A stretch of DNA of 64,000 bases from Octopus vulgaris. Taxonomy: Eukaryota. The DNA lies in assembly GCA_951406725.2 (NCBI GenBank), contig OX597814.1, positions 128,588,001 through 128,652,000 of the forward strand, read 5' to 3'. The notes beneath the pieces were generated by a model. It did not search any database. It saw only the letters and a program-made list of their open reading frames with translations, and was not told the origin of the DNA. How positions within the stretch are numbered: position 1 is the first letter of the stretch; each line of letters opens with the position of its first letter. The translations under genes were made by a program, and so were the position numbers. This document shows, piece after piece, positions 55,310-64,000 of this stretch.

Positions 55310-56680
55310 GTGGAGGTGGCTTAGTGGCATCATGATCGTAAGATTGTGGTTTCGATTCCTGGACCGTGCGACGCGTTGTGTTCTTGAGCAAAACACTTCA
55401 TTTCACGTTGCTCCAGTCCACTCAGCTCGCAAAAATGAGTAACGCAGCGATGGACTGGCGTCCTATCCAGCTAGGGAACACATACGCCATTGAAACCGGG
55501 AAACCGGGCCCAAAGGCATGGCCAGGCTTTAAAAGGGCAAGAAAAAAAAACGGCAGTGAGCTGGTAGAATCGTTAGCACGCCGGTCAAAATTCTTAGCGG
55601 CATTTCGTCCGTCTCTTTCTTCTCAGTTCAAATTCCGCTGACATCGGCCTTTCATCCTTTCGAGGTTGATAAAATAAGTTTTAGTTGAGCACTATTAGCC
55701 ATCACTAATTTATATGATTTATTTTCCGCTATTATTTTAGTGTGTAGAGGCACATGGCCTAGTGGTTAGAGCAGCGATCGAGGGATCGCGGGTTCGAATC
55801 TCAGACCGGGCGATGTGTGTGTTTATGAGTGAAACACCTAAGCTTCACGCAGTTACGAACAGAAGGTAATGGCGAACTCCTGCTGACTTTTTCGCCACAA
55901 CTTTCTCTCACTCTTTCCTCTTGCAGCTCACCTGCGACGGACTGGCGTCCCGTCCAGGTGGGGAACCTATACGCCAAGGAAACCGGGAAACCGGCCCTAA
56001 TGAGCCAGGCATGGCTCAAGAAGGAACAAACATTATTTTAGTGTACAAGATGGAAAGCGGCAGAATTGCGAGAGCGTCGGAAAAATGTTTTGCGGCATTC
56101 GCTGCAGCTCTTTACGTTCTGAGTTCAAATCTCACTAAGGTCACCTTTGCTTCTCATCCTTGCTATCGACTACTCCATCTCTCTTCAAAATTGCTGGCCA
56201 TGTGCCTAAATCAGAAACCATTATCTACGTGTGCGCATTTTTCTGTCAAGTATGCTAACTTCTCATTTGCCATTTTTATTTCTCTGAAAGGAAGTCATAT
56301 CTTGCCTTTTGTCGTCTCGTTAACATGAAGTTTTTCGACTTCTTTTCTTCGCCAGCTGTAAACAAGTGTGGTTACTGTGTCTCTTCTTAGTGAAGCTTAT
56401 TCTATTCTATCTTTCGAATTTATATCCTTTCCTCTTTGTTTTTAATATTTTTCCTTGATGCAAGGCGGGAAGCTGGCAAAAGCGTTAACACGCTATGCAA
56501 AATATTTAGCGGCATTTCGTCTGTCTTTACGTACTGAGATCAAATTTCGTCAAGTCAACTTTGCCTTTCATCCTTTCTGGGTCGATAAAATAAATACCAG
56601 TTGAATGCAGGGTCATTGTGATCAGCTTAGCCCCTACCTCGAAATTTCTGGCCTTCTGCCATAATGTGAAACCAATATTT
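55310..56680 (+). mobile_element. Cluster of family C (55310-55540, 55747-56030) and family B (55550-55690, 56055-56220, 56463-56680) SINEs
   Basis: Each segment matches heads or cores seen elsewhere in the window. Confidence 0.75.
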
Positions 56681-57869
56681 TTCTTTAATGCATTACTGTA
56701 GGCGTACAAACCATGGGGTTGGATGGTACAACATTCTTCTCGGGTTCGGACAAAGCTCTATTTTGCAGGTAAATATTCAGTTTAAAAACCTGTGACAAAT
56801 ACTATTTAAAGAATTGCTCAAGTCAATTTTGCGGAAACTAAATTTACGACATTCAATACAGTTCAAATTTCGTGTTTCTGCCACCTTTTTTTTTTTTTCT
56901 GAGCATTCTTTTTAATAACTTCAAAAGATTGAAGAGTCATTTGTGCAACATAAGCTTGACTGAAGTATATGCCTTTGATTTATATTGCACGGCCCAACGC
57001 AAATGCAGTTATATGCAAAAATATTGCCAAGATTATCAACATGTTCGGCTTTAGGAAGAATAGATCTCTTCTATTCTGAGCTTCCGTTTGTGTAAGTATC
57101 AAAAAAGTCATTTAGCGATCATAAGTTTTTGTAATATTTTTCGTGTACAATCTTCCAAATTTCAGGGTAATCGCATTATTAATTAGCTTGCTTAACTTTG
57201 CTTATGATCTTGTAGTTTTTCGAGTAATTTGAACATTTTTTGTATAAAATAGCTTTTCTGATTCACGGCCTCTTCCTCGAAAAGTTTTCCCCGTACATCT
57301 ACTTCTGTTTGTGGCCTTTTTGTTCATATTGTTCTTTTCCCTTGAATTATAATTTTGTCCGTTTGATTGTTGTACAATGAATATCAGTGGTTGTCCTGGC
57401 ACTGGTTCTTGTTATCACCACTTCACAAGTTATCTTCATATTAAAACTATTTATTTTAGGCAGAATTAAAACTTAACGTTTTGAGATGAGAAAATAAAAT
57501 TATCACGTTATAAAAACATTTTTTGTGACAGAGCGTTGTTGCGTTTCTTATTGTGTCAAGTAACTGGAATGGTATAACTTATGTGATTTTGTAAACAAAG
57601 ACAGCCCGTTTACTGTTTATTGCAGTTAACTTAAAATAGATATATTACAATTCAAAAGAAAGAGTTTTGCTGTGTCATGAAAAATGCTGAACATACTGAA
57701 ACTTCAGCATCTACAGAATTTGATGAATTTATGGTTATATTTCAATAGATTTTGATTGAATAGATTTAGCGGAGGCGAATGTGATATGAATGCTTGTACT
57801 GTGATGAACATTGGAGGAGTGAATTGTAATGTGGTCAGAAACCAAAAAATCTTCCACTTGAAAAAAAGG

Positions 57870-59955
57870 TCTTCATTGTGGAAGTTGCTGGTCTAGCAGA
57901 TTCATGGTTTCCCTCTTGCTGATTTTAACAACAAGCAAATTGTTGAACCTCTTAACCACATCTCAGAAAATTTTCACAAACGTCAACACAAATTTTCGGG
58001 TTCAATCCAGAGTTTTATAAATAATATCCATGTATTGTGTATAGCATATAAAAGAAATGTAATATACTATTTTTGCTATCCAAATTTTTCCAGAAAAACC
58101 TCCCAAAACAGCACATGAATAGGTATTCATTTAGAACTGATTGCAAGTATGCTGCAGGACAAAGGAGTGATGTGGTTAACAACCGGAGGTCCCAATAACC
58201 ATGTCACGTCTGCTTCTGTGTGGAGGGGCTACCAAAAACTTAAGAGAAAGAATAGAAGTGTAGCTAGCAGGGATTTGGGACAGAAGGACGGTCTACCTCC
58301 GACGACTCTTTCATGGGGACAGCATTTCCGGGCCTGCTGTATAAGCCTGTATAGACTTTGGAAGAACTCAAAGACTTCCCCATGTATCACACACTCTTGC
58401 TACGCCACAGAAAAAAGAATACACCAGTGCTGTCCATGATCGATAAAGCTCATGCGAAGCAAGTTTGTGAAAATAGGTACCACCTACACGTTTGGGCCTC
58501 TATTTTACGATCAACAACATTACAACAGATTTCTCAAAAAGAGCATGAACATGATGAAGGAGGGAACGGTAATGTGGGAGAAATTTATGGACTTGATATC
58601 GACACATGACCCTGTTGATAGGAATCGGTTAATGGAGTGTCTCCGAAATATAAAATTCACATCATATTCACATCATGATATTCACAACTATTTCTTTTCT
58701 ATTTTGGCATTAGTAATCAAAGATGAAATAATCCAAGCAAAGTCTAAATTTTGCTCTTTCACATTAATTCTTGAGGCAACAAAGTATTTCGGCTGCTGAA
58801 CAGATCTCGCTTTACTGAACTACATTTTTGACAATGTTATCTGAAAACTTTATTGGACATCAAGCAGCTTTTAGATTTGACGCCAAATTGCTTCTGCAAT
58901 ACATATTGTCGGTGTTGACGTTCAGATACATATCGCCAATGTTATGACGGTACCTTGGTCATAACTGCAAAAATCGCTGGTATTCAAGCGAAGCTGCGTG
59001 TCATTATCCTACTTAGAATCAACTTCCACAGCTACGTTTACCGACTCAACCTGTTAGTGGCTGACTGCATCAAAAAAATGTAGAGGCTGCGTTAATATCA
59101 TTTTTGCTATGCTGCAGCAACTCTACCCATTCAAGGCTCGGTTCATTGTGCAATCAAGTACTCCAGACTATGCCGTGCCATTTACATTCTTATTTATTTT
59201 AGATACTTTATAGTATTTCAGTGAGGATACCAAGTAATCGGAGAGACAAATTGAGTCTGCAAGCCTTTGTACTTTCCTTATCTTCTTCACTGGATATGAA
59301 TTTAGCGTTGAGGATCTTGATTTCAAGTAAAACAAGATGGACGATGAAAGTATGTAGCATAAGATCAAACAACACTGAAATTATTAAAGACAACTAAGTG
59401 ATTAGGGAGAAAACAAAATGGTGTGGTAAATTGTAACGACATTTGGAGGATTCGATGACCAGTGAGGTTGCTGCTAAAACTCTTTGCTGATTTTTGCCGT
59501 GAGATCTTTATCCCTGCTTTGACTCGATTTTGCTCAGAGCTCCTACTCCACTTATCTGTTGAAAACTATATCTTGACGAGCCTTTCTCATTTTAAATCTT
59601 GAAGAGACTAGTTTCTCAGAATTGATGATCTCAAATTCATGGTAAATACATATCGACTGAATTAGAATGACCTGAAGGAAAAGTGTTTCATCGAAGGGAA
59701 ATCATGCATTTTGAACCCTCTAACGAAGTTACTTGAGATTTTGGACCCCGACAACGATGCTTTCTGCGGACTGTTCAAACAATTTACTGTAATGCTGAGA
59801 GCGAGCAGAGCAATCTGTGAAAGCGTATTAGACAACAGACTGGACAATGTAGGTGTAATTATCATAGATAGACGACGTGCTAAAAATCTGGATCTTGAAG
59901 CTATTGTTCTTCGTTTTGTGGCGAAATAGCGAACCAGAGAATTGCCATTACGTAG
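57870..59955 (+). pseudogene. Decayed hAT transposase (ZMYM1/DUF4371-like with a C-terminal dimerisation motif)
   Basis: ORF fragments include ...FMDLISTHDP...SYSHHDIHN....LA..IKDEII...FCSFTLILEATK, a YDG-like motif near 58942 and a C-terminus RLDNVGVIIIDRRRAKNLDLEAIVLRF. Multiple frameshifts. Confidence 0.7.
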
Positions 59956-60695
59956 TTTGTGTTACGATATCTCATAAAAGTTGTCGTCTTTCATGCCTCG
60001 TTCTTTTTAAATCAGTGTATCTTAGCAGTTACATTGGAAAGTAGAAATACCAAAGTAGCAGGCTTTCACGTTTGGCCGGAATAGTTCCAGCTTGAAGGGT
60101 CTGTCCTGATCCTGTTCAATTTTGTTCTGGAGTGTCCCGCTTATGGATCACAAACTTAAGTTCTAAAAGAAAAAAAACATTAAAAAATGTTGAAATCGAT
60201 AACCCAGCCATGCACAACTCAGATACAAACTAACGATCATACTCATATTATAGTTCAGTTTAAGCCTAGCGCTGTGCGTCTTTACAAGAAGCTCAGCGGA
60301 TACCAGACGTACCTCCGTTATAATAGCATTCTCAGGTGGTTATTGTTGTCCAAAGATATTCTGCTTGTCCCTAAATTCCAGGAATGACATATTTCTAGGA
60401 TTCAACAACAGTTTAAGGTATCCTACCTCATTTCTTTTAAATAATGAAAAAATACTTAAGCATGCTTTAGCACTTTAACTGTTTGGAGTTTAGAAGCTTA
60501 TTGTAAGAGAGAAACAGATTCACGTTGCACAACAAAATTTGGTTATAAAAGTTCTTCATACAGGTACCTTTACCTATGACACCGATAATTTGCAGGTTCC
60601 TGGTTTAAATCCAAGAAATTATGGTAATCTTACTAAAAAGTTACTTTGAATTTGGATAATTATATAAATCCGTAATATTACTTGTTCAAAATAAC

Positions 60696-61325
60696 GCGGC
60701 GAACTGGCAGAATCGTTTGCACGCCGGACAAAACACTTAGCGGCATTTCGTCCGTCTGTACGTTCTGAGTCCAAGTTTCACCGAGGTCAACTTTGCGACT
60801 TTGTCTTTCATCTTTTCGAGGTCGATAAAATAAGTTCCAGTTGGGATCTTTTCGGTTTGAACGGCAGTTTTTAACATAATTTCTAGGTAACTAAAAAATT
60901 TTAAACTTCGTATACTGGTAGAATGTGTTTATAAAACATCTTTTTCTCTTGGCTTTATTGAGAAAATTCTATAGTTTGTAAGCTATTTGTTGTTTTTTTC
61001 TTCAATTTCTGCAATTTCAACCAATCAATTACGTCCATTGAGGTTAAAAGCATTCTGTGCCGTATGAATATGTTCCTCATTTAAGAAACATATTGGGTTT
61101 ATTTATATTTGGGAAGAAAAAAAGATACCCTTCCCTCCACCCCTAACCCTAAAACAGATTGAAATACAATAGATCGATACTAGGGTCATAATTATGGGTG
61201 ACAATTTCATATGACACCGCTAGAAAAAACTGCCGTTCAAACCGAAAAGATCCTCCAGTTGAGCATAGAGGTTGCTGTGATCGACTTACAGCTTTTTTGG
61301 AACTTGCTGGCCTTGTGCCAAAACT
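60696..61325 (+). mobile_element. SINE family B split by a Merlin-type MITE
   Basis: SINE head at 60696-60843. It resumes after 61261 (agcatagaggttgc..gatcgactta). Confidence 0.75.
60844..61253 (+). mobile_element. Merlin-type MITE, complete
   Basis: Perfect TIRs GGATCTTTTCGGTTTGAACGGCAGTTTTT and an 8-bp TSD tccagttg (60836-60843 and 61254-61261). Confidence 0.92.
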
Positions 61326-61879
61326 TGATGTTGATGTATGCGAACATATGTGCTGTCCCGCGGTGGAAAGTACTGAAACAGAGCTGCTTCATCACCTGTT
61401 AAGACATCAACTCCTGCTTACGGAGGTGGAGTACAGCAGCATCCCCCAGCACACAAGTGGTTACCCTAGATGCACCTATTATATTTACACTGATCCTGCC
61501 GATCTCTGATTAAAGGTATTCTCCGTGGCCCTTCTATCATTTTCGGGTTATCTCGGGCTACATTACTCAGCATATAATTAATGACGATAGAGAGTGTGAT
61601 TTGTGGGAGATTAGCTGTTATTTCTAGTAGGCCTAACGGCTGCGTAGCTTCCAAGTTGATTCATGTGTATGTATGTGTGTGTTTGTTACGCCATTCGTAT
61701 TGTTAGCTGCACATAAAGATACACAAACACATGTACTTACACATGCGCTCACTCACACATACACGTACACACACACAAACTTACAATGATAAAATGTGTC
61801 TTGTTTAGACATGTTCTGTTTTCGTTTTATTTTTTCTCTAGTATTTCAGGACACGTATGTTGGAAAATTATTTCACGCA

Positions 61880-62360
61880 GGCGTTACTTTTCTTTCTTTA
61901 TTTCTCTTTCTTTCTTCTCACTATATATCCTTTTCTTTCACCTCTTCTTTCAGCCGCTTACTCACTCTCTTTCTACTCACTATCTCTCTGTTTAGCCCTT
62001 TACTCTCTCTCTCTCTTCACTTCTTTCTAATTTTGTATACCTCCCACCGTCCACGCCGTGTAGCCTATTACTCACTCTCTTTCCACTCCTACATCTTTTC
62101 TCTCTCTTTCGCTCTCCTACTCTATCTCTCCGTTTAATCTTTCCCTCTTTTTCTCTCTCACACCAGTCTTATAACTTTCTCTACCTCACTCTACTTCTCA
62201 CACACTTTCGTAACTCACCCATTCTTTCTGCTTCACACTAACTCCCTCCCCTCCCATTTTCTGTCTTCTCCCTGTAACCTCATACACATACTCTCTCTTT
62301 CTCTTTATTACGTCTTACCCATTCTCACCTTTCCTCTCTTCCTCTCTCTCTCTCTTATCA
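61880..62360. repeat. Pyrimidine-rich (CT) low-complexity tract
   Basis: Strong C/T strand bias over ~480 bp. Confidence 0.8.
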
Positions 62361-62506
62361 GATGTAAGTTTATTGCTGTCTTTATTAACGGTGACGAAAC
62401 TTTAAAAACTTTCGCTTTCTTTTTGGTTTCCAATTAATTATGTTTTCGGTTTTCTGGCCGTCTTTTATTCATTCTGTTATGTTCCTTCTCTTTTCCTTTC
62501 ATGTAC

Positions 62507-62550
<44 letters not shown>

Positions 62551-63551
62551 CTTACGTACCTACATGCCTACCTACCCATCACCCACACACCCACCCACCT
62601 ACCTACCTACCTACCTACATATCTAACCATTCTCATTTCTGCATTCATTAAAAAAAATCACTGAGGGAGTGAAAGATTTCAAACATTTTTTTACATCATG
62701 TGTATTTTTTCCTCTATCTTTATAATTGTTAAGATTTTATATATTAGAATATATAAATAAACATCATGACACCAACGGCATATGCCTCTACGTGGTTGCT
62801 CGACTTGCTAGAAATAGCAGCTATATCTTCCAATCATCCGCTATCATATCAAATAAAGAAAGAACATTCACTATAATAAAAAAAAAAAGCTGTCAATTAG
62901 TTGAATTTGCATTACTTTTTCAAAAAGAAAGAAATTATTAAAGTCGAGAATGTCTGGTAAATTCTTATAAATTCCAATTTTGATAATTTTTTTTTATCAA
63001 GATGCGAATTTCAAATTTTTTTATTATGAAGAATCAAGTACTCGCTTCATTCACAAAATAGTTTTTATTCACTGCAACATACCCCCTCTCTCTCCCTTTC
63101 TCTCTTTGTCGCTTGTATTAACTAACATAGTTCTAATTACTTATCTCTAAAATAACAGGATGATCACATTTGGAATAGATTTAATAGCTCAACTTTTTCA
63201 GGATTGATCTGAGGCTTAGAACAAATTTTGTTATTTTCCTACATGCATGCCATGTCAGGGAGATGGAGAAAACATTTAGGGAAGAGATGAGATATATAGG
63301 AAATACTTGAATACTGAAGAAAGAGGAATCATTGAAGTATAAAAGTATTTAAGAGGAATCATTAAAGTATAAAGCCTTATTTTGACTGAGCCAAAGAGGT
63401 AAGCTACTATAAATTGGCATGAACTTTCCGGACAACCCAATACAAGTCCACTTATGGTCTTCAGTCACATAGATACATACCATGGGATAGTGTGGTCTGT
63501 AGCAGCTCATCTTACTGTTAATTGTTGATTGTTCCAAAAGATTTGCTGAGA

Positions 63552-63705
63552 GGTGTAGGAGTGGCCATGTGATAAGCAGCTTACTTCCCAACCATATGGT
63601 TCTGGGTTCAGTCTCACTGTGTGGAACCTTGGGCAAGTGTCTTCTACTGTAGCCAAAACCTTGTGAGTGGATTTAGTAAATGGAAACTGAGAGAAGCCCA
63701 TCGTA
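63552..63705 (+). mobile_element. SINE family A, 5' part
   Basis: ggtgtaggagtggccatgtg...gggttcagtctcactg...ggaaactgagagaagccc. Confidence 0.8.
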
Positions 63706-63912
63706 TATAATACAGACAATGGGCTATATACCTATTGTAATTTAGTCATCTATAGTCTGATATGATATTTCAGCATAATATTCCTTCTTTGGATATTCTT
63801 AAATCGAGTCGCTGCTATAATCGGTTTTCCAACAGCTTTTCTTTTTTCTTTTTTTTCTTTTGGAAGTGTCTCAGCAGTGGTCTCATGATGCTCCTTCCGG
63901 AATTCCTCATGA

Positions 63913-64000
63913 GAAGTGCGTGAAGTTGGCCATGTCTCAATCTTGTCTGTGCTGGTACATCCATAGCACTGATTGAGACATGGCTGACCTCACATACTTC
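63913..64000. repeat. Inverted repeat / hairpin running off the window end
   Basis: gaagtgcgtgaagttggccatgtctcaatc pairs with gattgagacatggctgacctcacatacttc, including a 14-bp perfect core. Confidence 0.7.

Noticed and set aside
56950-57402. Possible Tc1-like transposase N-terminus on the - strand (GKTFRGRGRE)
   Set aside because: Only a weak GRP-like resemblance, with no DDE motifs or TIRs found.
63950-64000. IALIETWL, resembling a LINE APE endonuclease start
   Set aside because: Too short, cut by the window edge, and the region is better explained as an inverted repeat.

Overview
AT-rich, microsatellite-dense metazoan DNA. The SINE repertoire looks like an Octopus (cephalopod) genome; this is an inference from repeat style. 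The only host coding sequence I can support is the first coding exon of a PPM1D/Wip1-type PP2C phosphatase (- strand, 6752-7067), with a candidate CCAAT-box promoter and non-coding first exon near 8.5-8.7 kb. The remaining ~55 kb upstream is repeat-rich. It contains many tRNA-derived SINEs of three kinds, a 5'-truncated RTE LINE with three C-terminal C2H2 fingers, decayed hAT (ZMYM1/DUF4371-like) and Chapaev-3-like transposases, and a Merlin-type MITE family with 8-bp TSDs and internal telomere-like repeats, one member of which is a ~650-bp fold-back. Nearly all ORFs in the supplied track are microsatellite or SINE artefacts. The most unusual signal is a set of short, unrelated palindromic elements that place a type I hammerhead ribozyme motif on each strand (clear at 10563-10860 and 46595-46792, decayed at 42489-42688), plus solitary minimal hammerheads. 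All family assignments were made by eye, with no database search.
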